DNA of 64,000 nt from Octopus sinensis (lineage: Eukaryota), in contig NW_021835992.1 in the NCBI RefSeq assembly GCF_006345805.1, forward strand, positions 310,001 through 374,000. Reading direction: 5' to 3'. The notes beneath the pieces were generated by a model that made no database searches, was not told the origin of the DNA, and worked only from the letters and a program-made list of their open reading frames with translations. This document shows, piece by piece, positions 27,060 through 39,636 of this stretch. Both the position numbers and the translations under genes were made by a program. The first letter of the stretch is position 1. The number at the start of each line of letters is the position of its first letter.

Positions 27060-27410
27060 GAAGGAACAGTTTTCTAAAAAGTTGGTCTCCTTCATTTGCT
27101 CAATCTTGTCATTCTTGAGTGCGTCCTTCATCAACACACCCCGTCTTCCTTCGATTTGATCATACGTTCCCACGACTCCTCAATGGACTACACATTACAC
27201 TCACTCACAACATCGAATGACACACACGTGTAATCAACAACACTCATCCACTCTACTTTCCTCATCTCATCCCTCAACAAACGAATCCCATTTAGCTGAC
27301 TAGCCGCATCACTCAGGTTATCTTCGAACTGGTCTAATCGGTCAATTAAATACCGAGCATCATCCCCCGCCCTGACTATCAACGTTCTCAATCACCGAAT
27401 CCAGCCATTT
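27060..27410 (-). other. Possible unidentified coding region (coiled-coil-like)
   Basis: GC-richer block reading RYLIDRLDQFEDNLSDAASQLNGIRLLRDEMRK; no clean gene model could be built. Confidence 0.25.
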
Positions 27411-27548
27411 TTTGAATTTCTAAGCTTTTCAAACACACAAACACACAATTTGAAGCTTTTCAAACACACAATCTAATTCCACAGGGGAATCCAATTCTGC
27501 AACTTCAGCTATCATAAAAAGAGAAAGAAAGTCAAAAATACTCAATAA

Positions 27549-28140
27549 CTAAATAATAAATCGACAGGAACCATATTCATTGATCCAGTTCTTGAACTTG
27601 ACCAACTCAGCTGACGAGACAGTTTTGTTTACATTTTTAATGGCACTGTGGAGATCGTCCATCACCATCGGGACATTCAAACATTCGTCCTTTGAAATGA
27701 TTTTAATCTCTCCCACAGTCAAATCACCAATCTTCCTCCTTATTTCCATCATGGCAGCGTCTCGGCACACAATTCTGATATTCGAGCCGGAATAGCCATC
27801 CATCAGAGCAGCATAAGCCTCAATGTCGACATCCTCAGCCAAAGTAACCCCACTCAAATTAAGGAATAAAATGGCAATCCGATCACTCAGCGATGGCAGG
27901 GGAATATAAATCCTGTTCTCAAACTGTCTTCTCATCGCATCGTCGATATTCCAGGGACAGTTGGTGGCACTCAAAAACATAACCATTTTGTTTGGATCCT
28001 CAGACCCGGAGGAAATGCCTGAAATGACCACACACTTAGTGACCATCAATCTGCGCCAAGAACTCCCACTTGACTGCACTTCCCACCGCGTTCTCTTCTT
28101 GGACTTCATAGTGGAACAAATGGTATCAATTATATTTACT
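27549..28140 (-). pseudogene. Katanin p60-like AAA ATPase C-terminal fragment
   Basis: VKWEFLAQID|GISSG (25-nt intron), ATNCPWNIDDAMRRQFENRIYIPLP, GYSGSNI...CRDAAMM, Vps4-C tail KFKNWINEYGS; no Walker A or B upstream. Confidence 0.75.
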
Positions 28141-29150
28141 ATGATTAGAATGGTAAGGTCGTAAGTATTTAATTCATTCATAGAGATCAAAGTAAATTTA
28201 TCTTTATCTAGTTTTTCTGAGCTTAAATGGTTAGCAAAGTTAGTTTGTAAGTCTTTTTGAGAATTGTCAACCCTTCCTTTTTGTCAGTATTCCTGCAAAT
28301 TACCTCTTTACAATATCTAGCAACAGCTTAGAAGACTTAGTAACGTGATTCTTTATTAAATCAACTAAATGCTGAAACTGACCAGTTTTTGTGCATACAG
28401 GTTATTCTGGGGAATCGCACATGCCTTTCTCATAACACTTGTAGACTAAGCATAATATAATTTGGGCTTTGGCTTTCACGTGAATTTCTTCTCGCATCAT
28501 AAAAGCTTTGCAATGTTATTAAATATAGCAGCCTTCCAATTTATTTAAGCAGTAGGTAAGATGTCAAACAACAGAAGGAGATTAGAAAGATGCGTTTGGG
28601 GAGATGGGGTTGTCCATACTTCGGATTGGAGTTCTTTTGTGGGTACTTTGTGTAATTTTCCAAATATGCATTATGACTGATTGCATTTAGTATAAAGAAA
28701 ACTTATTCAAGTAATACAACTGAGTCTCACTTAAGTGCTGTCTATAACCGTAGTGGAAAGTCAAAGTTCCCCACCCGTGAGGCGACGAGTCCTTCTAGCA
28801 CAACACGATTGTAGAAAGGGGTTTACCTTCCTTGATCACATTACCAATGACAAATCTCCATTATGCAAAAACCTTCCAGAAAAAAATGAAGTACGATCAG
28901 CGATGGTAAGAGGCTGACAAATGGGAGCATTCTAAAATTTTCCCACCTTTCGTTGGATACGGAAATCTGTAATGAAGAATTTGGAGGCGTATGTTAATCG
29001 GCACAAACAAATTAGAATTGTCCAGGTTATGGGACAAGCAACAAAAAGATTATTATTATTGAGGATGTGCTATTTATTACTAAATGTTCAACCGCTGAGA
29101 AAAATTTAATAATAATTTATTTCATTTATTAAAATAGAATAAACTCAAAC

Positions 29151-29373
29151 TTAATCATCTTGATTTTCGTTTTGTATTTCTTTTCGTATTTCGCAGATAA
29201 CTTCTCCCAGAGCTTCTGGGTTAACCCCGGAATCCAATAACTGAGTACAAACTTTTAATGTATCTCTGTCCAATCCTGTGTTTAAAAGTTCTGAGAGTTC
29301 AAATAACACTAATAAAAATACACATTATTTGCTTATTACATTCAAAAGTATCTGCACCCACAAGATCGGCCAT
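29151..29373 (-). CDS. MZT1: Mitotic-spindle organizing protein 1 (MOZART1)
   Basis: [12 protein letters not shown]|[43 protein letters not shown]...*; one 31-nt intron; absent from the ORF track. Confidence 0.92.
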
Positions 29374-29779
29374 TTCAATATACTAACTACTATTTAAAAA
29401 CAAATTTTATTATCTTCTGTAACCAAATAATAAAATTAATTATTTTCATATATTCAGCACAGTAACTAAGTTTCATAATTTCGAAAATTTAGAGATAAAT
29501 GACTATTGCTCTTTATGCTGTTACACATACTAAAAACTATGACTTCTAAATGTGTTTATTGTCAATAATTTCAGTCGAAATTTCTCTTACATTGTAGGTA
29601 GTTACGAAATTTTTCGCACGGCTCTAAAGGGATTCGCTTGAGCCATTTTCCGCAGCATCAACACCTACGTCAGCTTGTTCCTTGCCTTGGATTTACTCAC
29701 CAGTCTGGATTTACAGAGAAAATATAAACTTTTGGTTCGAGATTTTGATTGGCCAGTGGATTCCAATCAATATGCCAAA

Positions 29780-29970
29780 GTTAGGTTCGGTGAAAGTATT
29801 TAGTTTTTCTAGATTGTTTTTTTAATAGATTTCCATGTTCCGGAATTATATAACAGTGGTGGCTTGCAAACATGTAGTATAATCTGACATGAAGTTTTCG
29901 TGATACAAGTTTTTTGCTATCTAAATAAAATACATTTTTGAAGTATGTAGCATTTTCCTTTGACAAATGA
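29780..29970 (-). mobile_element. RTE-like LINE RT C-terminal relic
   Basis: FYLDSKKLVSRKLHVRLY resembles the post-thumb region of RTE elements. Confidence 0.35.
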
Positions 29971-30109
29971 CTTTGGCGTCAGGTAGCAGGGAGCTGAGTT
30001 TTTTGATATGTTTTCAGAATTTATCATTTCTTCATTTTGTTCGTTGGATTTGTGTACAATGAATTTTTTTAATGTTTATGAATAAGCCACTTCACTTTAG
30101 ACATGGATC

Positions 30110-30870
30110 TGAAAGAATCGTCCTGGTGGTTATCTCATGGGAACAACTCTTTAACGTCGGAGAGAATGCTGTGCATGGTTCAGACCGCAACTTGTCTTTG
30201 ACAACGGTAGCAGTAGTTGCAGGCATTGCAACGCCGCCAAAAAGACTGTTGATCATCTTGCTACAAGATGTGGCAGAATGTTGAACAACGATTACCTGCG
30301 TCGCCACAATAAGGTGGTAAGGTGCATGCAATTGCACATCTGCCGAAATACGGGATAAAACAGTCTTGGAAGTTGAAGACATACTCCGTACATCGACTGT
30401 CTCTAATGAGGTGGTCGAAATACGGGGGACACGACGATCAAGATAGATACGATAGTCAATAATAGTAAACCAGATATTTTTGTCTACGACAAAGTTCAGA
30501 ACATCATTACGCTGATTAAAGTTGGGATTACTTCTCAACAATCTTTGAAGCATGTGGAAGTTGAGAAATTACATAAATATAACCTTTTGGCACGCGAATT
30601 GAGGTTAATCCATAGTGCAAAAGTGAATGTCGTACTGTTTGTTCGCACGTGGGATGGAATAACATCCAAATTTTACAAGCACTACCAAAACCCCCTAAAA
30701 GTCCATGACTCAAAGCGTGCATATGTTCAGACAATCGTGATCAAAAAACACTGGAGAGCATGCGCCCGGAGTACAAACTCTTCCCTACAACGAGAACAAA
30801 CAAATAAAGGAAGCAGCCACCACAAGAGGAACCTGTCAAGGATACCGACGCTGTATTCCGGCCCATGATC
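30110..30870 (+). mobile_element. RLE-type non-LTR retrotransposon 3' part, microsporidia-like lineage
   Basis: WLSHGN, CRHCNAAKKTVDHLATRCGRMLNNDYLRRHNKVVRC, IRGDTTIKIDTIVNNSKPDIFVYDK, VGITSQQSLKHVEVEKLHKYNLLAREL, TWDGITSK; frameshifted. Confidence 0.85.
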
Positions 30871-31154
30871 GGTAGCAAAGATAAGGAAGCTGGAACCAAC
30901 ATATATTAATTCGATTAGATCTTGTTACATTTTAAATCATTTTGATTCTGTAAAATTAGTTCGCACGATGTTTTTCGAATTGTAACTTTAATTGACACAT
31001 TTTCTAAATTCGGTGTACCTGCAATATTCCATATGTCTAAAACTACTTCTAAAAAATTAAAATTAATAATATTTTGAATAAATTTCCTAGATCAAGAATT
31101 TCCATTAATTATAATAATTTATATGAATATATGTCAATATGCCGTTATGAATTA

Positions 31155-31997
31155 ATGATTCTACTGCAAGTGTTCAGTGTTTGTATCTTATCTGTAATAT
31201 CAGGTAATACTTTAATTTTATTGTTAGAAAATGAAACTATGCACAAAGTGATAAGTTTTTTCTATTAAATTGTAGAAAAATAAAACTAAAGAGATATTCG
31301 AAACATTATTTTATGGAATAGATTATTTTGGTCGAATAATGTAAATATTTTTAGAAAAACAAGAACAAGCAGATATAAGAATTCAATTTGGGGTTTTTAA
31401 TGTTTTTAATCTTTAGAAATTCGTTTTCAATAAATTTAGAGATTACATAGATAAAGGTTAATTTTGTTATAATTAGTACAGGAAAGCCTCTTGATCAAGT
31501 AGAAAATTTACAAGTTTTATTTTTTATAATATATTGCGAAGGGGCTCTTCTCGAGATTCTCATTACATGGAAAGGCTATCTTTATAATTATTTAGAATTG
31601 GCTTCAAATCATACAGAATTTATTATGAAAATGCACAAAATTGATTCTCTTACAGAAGAATCCTTAATCCAATCAGATAATTATATCCCAAATTTCATTG
31701 TTTGAAGCATGTATATTATATTGTAGAATAATATCACTATTAAAGTTGAATCGATGCCGACCACTGTACCAGATAATGCTAAGGCAGATGATTTAGCCGT
31801 ATTTAAAATAACTTACTTTAGAGAGTTTACTTGTCTGGTATGAGAGAAGCTGTTCATGAATTTGCGACAAGATACAATATTACATTCTCCGATGGAGTTC
31901 CCAATAATGTTATCAAAAGTAATTCATCAATTTAATTTAAGACTATTATTCGTTTACTGTATCGTTATTACTATGGGCAATTGGACTGCACTTATGA
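31155..31997 (+). CDS. Orphan secreted, probably GPI-anchored protein (~200 aa, 10 exons)
   Basis: Nine GT-AG introns of 24, 28, 24, 24, 25, 28, 27, 23 and 23 nt give one open frame from MILLQVFSVCILSVIS to NYYSFTVSLLLWAIGLHL*. Confidence 0.8.
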
Positions 31998-32799
31998 CCC
32001 GTCTTTAAATAATATTAGCAGGACATGGTTTTAAATAAACTGGATATTATGAATACTTCATTATATTTATTAAAATTAAACTATCATCTAATACAGGGGA
32101 CAGCTGAAAATGAGCTCTCATCAGACCACACCAGGGCTAGGGAACTTTTTTTTGTCCAAGGCTAGTTTTGGCGTATGAAATCTAAGGACTCATTTCCCAT
32201 GAGTGTTCACAGAACCCCTCAACACTCGTCCCTTGACAATTTCGTCTAAAGGGCTCGTTGTTTCGCAGGTTACTTGTCAATACATATAACTCACTGGACT
32301 CAACAAGTTTAGGAAAAACACAGGGATAACTACAATCTCTTTCCTTGGAAGCAAGTCTCCGGGATGTTATTTAAATACTAAACTTTTCTGTAGATACTAC
32401 ATTTAAAAAAAGGTATTACCAATGCATTGTAAAACGAATCCAATGGAAAGGTATTACCAGTGCATTTTAAAACGAATTCTCATATCAAGTCCTCTGTTGG
32501 GGAGCCAGGTCTTCTCAGTTTGTGTAGGTTACTGAGGACAGAGCCCAGTTTCTTAGTTTTGTGTTATAGTTTCTGTCTTATCTTTTCTTATAATCAGTTT
32601 CATAATCTCCATTTTTTCGAAGTTTAAAAGGTTTCATCGAACAAAAAATTTATTATTTTGAATAGAAATATATTCTTTGGACAATTCATTAGATGCTTTA
32701 AATTCTTTATAAAAATGCCAAAAAGGTCAACTTTTTAGATTTTTGAGCAAATTATGTCAATTTTTAAAAATGGTTAGGATAAAGTCTTTAATCTCAAAT

Positions 32800-33700
32800 T
32801 CGATTCAATAGGCACACTCGGCAAAACTTTCTCTGTTGTTCTATTTGGAAGCAGCGACATTTTGGAATCAGTCGTGTTACTTGACCAAGATTAGTTCATT
32901 ACCAAGGTTAAAGCTAATTCAGATTATTCGCAGTTAATCTCCAGTCCAATCTTAAGTAGAAAAGCTCCAGGGGTACAAAATAGGAAAATGATCTGGCAAA
33001 GTTAAACTGGCTCGAAACATGGCTCAAGATCAGTAGAGACAAGGTTAGCAGCTGAAAATATTGCCAACAGCGAGTTTGACGAGTAGTTCAGTTTCAGAAA
33101 TAGCATATGTATCATGGGCAGACTGTTTTGATTGATACTGTCTTTCTACACGATAAATAATTTACTCCTGTTGACGGTGTCGAAGACCTTAGTCGTGTCG
33201 ACTCCTAGGATATGAAAGGATCGTTTGTACTTCTGACATAATGCAGTTGTCCACCGATGACTCTAGACAACATCAGCCAGGTCTGAAACAACTCTGACTG
33301 AGAAAGACATCGATCGACGGACTTTACGGCCTCGAATAATAGTTGATAGAGTATTCCTTAGAGTGGTGACTAATACTATTGGTCTTAAGTTTTCAGGGCA
33401 GTTCTTCGTATTCTTCGTTTCTGAATGGGTATTAATATTTTTTGTCCCGATTGGGAGCGGACAGTGCAGCGCAAATGCCTTGTTCCATATTTATCGAAAC
33501 AGCTCGCTAGACTTTTGAGGGCATACTTGAGTAATTCCCCCGGAACTCCGTCGCATCATGCAGCTCTGTTGTTGTTTATACAGTGAAATGCTTCTGACCT
33601 CAGAATGTGTTATTTCGTTTGACAGGTCTGTGGGTGTTCAATATAGATTGTTTCTGGAATTTGTCAGCAATTCTCGAAACTTTGCTGATTTTCGTTCTTT
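32800..33700 (-). mobile_element. RTE-like LINE reverse transcriptase relic
   Basis: EITHSEV...DGVPGELLKYA, QSCFRPG, LGVDTTKVFDTVNRSKL; many lesions. Confidence 0.6.
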
Positions 33701-33849
33701 GTCAAATGTTTTACAGAAAATAGGCATATTTCGTAATCCGAATTTATATTCCAAACTTTCTGTGAATAATAAAATATTTTTACTTATTTATTTACTGTCA
33801 AATTTTTTTTTTTTTTGAGAAATATAATTTGTTAGTTATTATATCGAAA

Positions 33850-34330
33850 GAGAAGAGATTGATTTGAGAAATCAATTGAGGAAGCCCGCTGCCTGTATGG
33901 AAAGCGAGTTCCCTCGGAGTATGGCTATTCCGATCCTTTGTCTTAGCCATACTCCTTCACGAGGATCATTCTTCTTTGTGGCGAGCATTCTTCCGAGTTC
34001 GCGCAAGAACTCGGCAGTCGCTGGGCCAACTGCTCCTGATGACTCAGCCGCAACAGGGGTGAATCTGTAGCGGTCCCCGAGGAAGGAATATTTTTTGGTT
34101 TTAAGGTTTTCCGCGATTGAGGCAGCTGCTCCAGGTGTCTGAACCGATTTAAGGAGATTCGTGCTTGAGTAAGTATCGACGCAAGTTGCGTCCCAGACCA
34201 AAGATCGTCCGGAGTTGAAAGGGAAAAGAGTCATCCCGTCAGGTCTCTTTCCATCACCTCGATCGAGACCCACTGGTTCAAGCTGTGCTGGGAAGCCTGC
34301 AGCCTTCAGAGCTCTGACGATCACGTCGTT
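33850..34330 (-). mobile_element. CRE-clade retrotransposon 3' part with an intact RLE frame
   Basis: ORF 33872-34324: [37 protein letters not shown]...QRIGIAILRGNSLSI. Confidence 0.9.
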
Positions 34331-34433
34331 CTATTACTGTTTTTAAAATGAACTGTTTTATTTACTGTTTTTAAAATGAAAGACATAATATTTACCAAGA
34401 TAAGTTAATAAATTGTGAATAATTTTAGCATAA

Positions 34434-35217
34434 ATGATCGAATTGGTAATTTTTCTAGTGTCTAAAACTGCATTAAACATCTGTGAATTGCCAGCCGACA
34501 ATTATATGTTTTTTTAATTTAAATGCTCATAGCTCCTTTGAAGATTGCATTTTTCTGAACGATGAAACTAATTTGAATGTTACAAACATTGAGATATTTA
34601 AAAATGTCTCATTTGTTAAAAGAACTACGTTTGGAATCTTCTTAAAACTTGAAAGACTGTCATCATTCTCAATTCATTTGTTTAGAGGCTGTTCTGGTTC
34701 CTTTATGTATATCATGAATGATACTTTTCATGATATGAAATTATTATTTACAGTGTACTGACTAAATTCAATTAATTTTTAATCACAGCGATCTCCAAAG
34801 ATGCAGGGAATTGAAATATTTCAGTCGTTCGGCATTCTTGACTTGTACGAGTTTGTCATATCTGTATTATTAAGAATAACAAACATTTAGTTATTTGCCG
34901 AGATACAAAACGTACCGTCCTTTTATTAACATTCACAACGTAATTTCTATTTCAGAGTCCATAATGTGCTTCCAAATTGGTAAATCTCAACCAGCATCGT
35001 ATTAATTTGATGATATGCTTAGAATACTTGGAGGCGAGATTGCTAATTTAATTCTACCGTAGGTCCATATCTATTTCATAGCCTAGTAATAATTCAGAGT
35101 TGAATCTGACGTACGGAACATTTACAGTGACTACTGTGGGTGCAACAGGTATGAATATTACTTATCCAAGCATGCAATGAGTGTCTTTCATACGATTCGG
35201 ACAATGCCATATGTTAA
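34434..35217 (+). CDS. Secreted leucine-rich-repeat-like protein
   Basis: Hand-spliced model (introns 25, 34, 27, 24, 28 and 22 nt): MIELVIFLVSKTALNICE...IMNDTFHDMKLLFTVDLQRCRELKYFSRSAFLTCTSLSYLYLP...ACNECLSYDSDNAIC*; some junctions tentative. Confidence 0.6.
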
Positions 35218-38200
35218 GGCATGAGGAAATAAAAAAATATTAACATTCTTTATTCTAATAATAATATTCATTCCGGTACTTAATTAAGCTCATTTCCATA
35301 TTGCATTTGCAATCATTTTTCTCTGTTAAAAAGTAATTGATTTGTTATATTCGACTCTTTAAATAACGCCCGCTTTTTAGATTAATTGTAATAAATCACA
35401 ATGAGTAATTGTCTTCTCTTTTCAGAAAGGCGTAGAACATTCATGTTTTCTTTGCTTGCATGCTCATGAACGACTTGATACCTGCTTTGGTTTTTCTGTC
35501 CTATGGCTAAATTTTATATATTTGTCAATAATTACACTCTAAGCTGATTTGTTTTTGTTTCCATTTTGAACTAAGTCTTTATAAAAAAAACGGTCAGAAA
35601 TAATAGGAAAAGCCGAGTTGAGTCTTTTTACAAACAAAAACGACTGTCCCAGATCTCACGAATAAAAATTTTTGTTTTTTCCCTGTCCATTCGGGACGAG
35701 AACAAGGTTCTCCGTATTTTGTTATTTGAAGATACATCTTTAGTGATGTAGCCTACATTTTGGCGTATTCTTTGAACATTTTGTACTTAAAAGGACTGGA
35801 ACAGACTTTTACGCCACTGAAGACATATTTGCAGTTCATGTTAAAGTCTGTTTTTTGATTTTTCTATTTTTTATTTTCTTACGCTATCAGATATACATAT
35901 ACAATCTTTATAGACACACCTCACATAAAATTATTATAAAATAATGACCAGTTCTTAAAGAAGTCAAAAATGTGGTTTGTAGCCTCTATTGTGGTATTTT
36001 GATGGTTTGTCGTTTTTCTGGTCAATAAACCACATTCCATGACAACTGGAAATTGTTCATTACATTTGTTTTGTAAATGTTTCACTTCATTGAAGGAGTC
36101 GGCTGTTACCAGAAATTAAAGAATGAGACCTCTCCAAAAATCAATATGGATAAACAGGTGCGATATTTTCTGAATCGCATCAGTAAGCGTCTGACGAGAT
36201 AAATATGCATGAAGGAACATTGTGTGAACACGGATAGTATCCACCTGCACTCATTCTTACAAATGAGAAAAGGAGTAATGTCTTTGAAATTTTGATTTTA
36301 TATTGGATATCATTTTTTTACACAGATTACCTTTCTCATTCACAAATCGACCTTTCCAGCCGTAACCTTTTCCTGATTTTAGTGCATTTCTGTACAAAGA
36401 TGTATATTCTGAAGTTTCCCTGCCCATATAAGCAGTTATTAAACACACTTGATTTCAAATCTTGGGAAGTATTTGAATGAATGTGGTACAGTTGACCCAA
36501 CTATAGGACAAACAAATGATTCTTCTTTTGCGGTTTCCTGCTTTCTGATTTAGATCGAAGGATTTTTTATCATCAATATAAAGGATTAAAAGCCCAAGAG
36601 AATTATACAATTTAGAGTTATTACAAAAACTAAAATGTCAGACTATCATGATCTTTTCCGTCAACTAAGGACTGTAATTCTACCCAATGACCAGTTCTTA
36701 AAGAAGTACAAAAAACGTTTTATTTATTTTGACCTTAAATTTTATTGACAAAAATGTTTCAGAGATACAATATGGTAAAACCAGAACTGCTGTGCATGTA
36801 TTCTAGCCAATAAACCACATTAAATGACAACAGGGAATTTTCATTTGCAGAGACTATTTTTAACAAATAATCATATTTTGTTGAGCTAGTAAACATAAAA
36901 TAATGACGGTAGTCCAACAAATACTTTACATGGATTATCGAGCATGGCGGAATACAGTAACACGAATTCCCATTGTTTAGAGTAGTCCTATTTCTCATGA
37001 TGGCTTCTCTACAAAAAGAATATCCTCAAACTAGCTATTTGTCTCCTCGTTTAAAGTTAGCACAAACACTTTCACAATTTAATTTCCTTATTTAATCTTT
37101 AAACAGTTGCTTTTTTATTTAAGAAAGTCACAAGAAACTTGTGCCTTTAATAAGGAAGCAGATGTATTTAAAACCACAAGTATAAAAAAAATTTTATAAT
37201 AAGAAAAATCAAACATTTATCAAAGAATTGCTTTGGTTTGAGGATCTTGTTATTTTTACGAGAAACTGTAAAACAAATGTAACTTTAGGACGCCGTGGCC
37301 AGTATTAGCAGGATGAATAGAGTAAAAATCAGAGCATAAAGAACCCACTCCGAATCAGTTACAGGTCTAGCTTGTTACTAGACTATGAACGGTGGATCTG
37401 TTTCAAACAGTGTGTCCAAATCAAGTCCTGTTAATCCAAACACAGTTTTGTGGGTGATTTAAACGAAGATGTTTAAGTTGAAAACATCAAAAGAGTATTT
37501 AAAGTTGTGGAAAGATCCGATTATCCGAATAAGTTAACTTTATATTGCTGTAAGGATAATCCGATCAAGCTCTGCAGGAAAAAGTGCTATGGAGTTTCAG
37601 AGGTTTGAAACTACAAATTTAACTTTAGGAAGCCGTGGCCAGTATAAATTAACTTTAATTGAATTATTTATGTAATTTTGAAAACTTGTGATTAAAATTG
37701 AATGACTGGATTAATTTGTTCAGAATAATGTCTCGATATGATAGTTATTTTTAATGACTTGATTAATCTTGTTTAGAATAATGTCTCGATGTGATAGTTA
37801 TTTTTAAGTATAAAAAGTATTTTTATCATTAATTATATTGCGTTTATTTTTGCAATATATATTATTGTGGTTGTGTAATAACATGGAGGTATATTGTTTT
37901 AATTCACGACAAAATCATTAAAACCTTTGAATTAACTTTATTTGCGAAATAGTTGCAATTTTGTCCAATTAACGCTTGGAAGTCAAATTTTCAGATGGTA
38001 AAAAAACAAACAATTATCGTGCCTCCTCTATGTTAAAAAATAATCATGTTAGCCTAATGGCCAAAATGACATTATTTTTTAAAGATGATGCAATGTACAG
38101 TCTAGTAAAATCCGTCCTGAAGGGCAAGACGTGAATATTTAGAAAGTTAAAAAATTCCGACTATAAAGAAAACGGAACATTTCATTTTTATTAGGGGAAA

Positions 38201-38927
38201 GCTATATCTGCGGAATAATTTTCGACTTCACAAGCTCGTTATAGCTTTAACAAACACAGAAAATAAAACCGAAAATGCTTCATTTCAGTTTCATTTTTCA
38301 AAGAAATGACGAGCTTTTGATCTTTAGATTAGACACACAATCTATGCATTAATCTAAATTTAGAGTAAATTTCATGAATTATTGTAAAAGTCTCGATTTT
38401 TTACAGATCTATATTTTGTTTGCATAGAAAAATGTTCTAGAAATTAATTTTCCAAGCATCTTTCAAAAGTCAACAGAAGAACATATACAATAAACAAATC
38501 CACTACGCTTAAAATCTTGCAGGAGGTTTCAGTTTACCAACAAATAACTTTTCAAATTATTTAGGTACATGGACAAAAACTAATTTAAATAAAGGAATTG
38601 CTAGAATTTATAATTGGTGCATAAAAATAATATTTTCGATAATCAAAGGCTTTTATTTCGACGTTGACAAGGTCAAAAAATGTAACCAGTTTCCCATGCA
38701 CATATTAAAAAAATAAACAGACGACTTTGAACAAGAATATTAGTCCAGATCAAAGAAAAACAGATGAGACCGCTTAAGTTTTTAAGTGGTTTAAACGCGG
38801 GGAAAAACTATTCATGGTTACATATGTTGCTTAATCGACCCAAAATTGTCGTCTGATGCATTTTATTACTAAAACATGTGGTTCGCCACATTGAATATAA
38901 ATAAGTAATATTAAATAATAAATAAAA

Positions 38928-39482
38928 ATGATCTGTTTATTACTTGTTTTATTTTCTCTCAATATTTCACATTTGTAATTATTATAAATAAAATTCAGCA
39001 AATCCACAGTGTGTCTTGTAGAAAAAATAAAATCGAATTTTATCAAAATCCGACCTCAAAATATTCAAGTTTTTAACCTCGGAGATCAGAATTGCGACGG
39101 AAAACTATCACTGGGTGAATATATTTCATTATTCTTCACTGAATGCTCAAAAATAACTAAAATTCCAATTTCTTGTGCATTTCATTCATGTTTGACCATT
39201 TTAGTGGGAAATAACCAAACTCTGGCAACAAATTTGGAAAAATGCTACCAGAATTTTGGGATTCCTCAGTTTTATGCGTGTCTGCAGGTGTCCTCACTCA
39301 ATTCAGACGGAAATGAGGCAGTCAGTCAGTCTGAACTTGTCACAAGCCACCAGAGGATGGACACCAATCGTTTGACATTAAAGTGATCTTTAGAGGACGG
39401 GTATGTCACACAAAGTGAGGTTATCCACACTTTCCACTTACATCTGCCTATTCTCTTACAGAATACTTCCTGTAGTGGTTAA
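38928..39482 (+). CDS. Secreted EF-hand protein
   Basis: Signal MICLLLVLFSLNISHF; loops DQNCDGKLSLGE, NSDGNEAVSQSE and DTNQDGYVTQSE (the last formed by splicing); two 24-nt introns. Confidence 0.75.
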
Positions 39483-39636
39483 TTAGTAATATTCTGAACT
39501 GTCCTTTTTAAATAAGTGGTCCATTTCTTCATTAATAAGTTTAAAATAAATCACCACCAGAAATGCCAATATTTTCCCTCCATTATTTAAATTTCAAATA
39601 AAAGCTTCCAAATTAGTTCTTGTGATGAAATAAATA

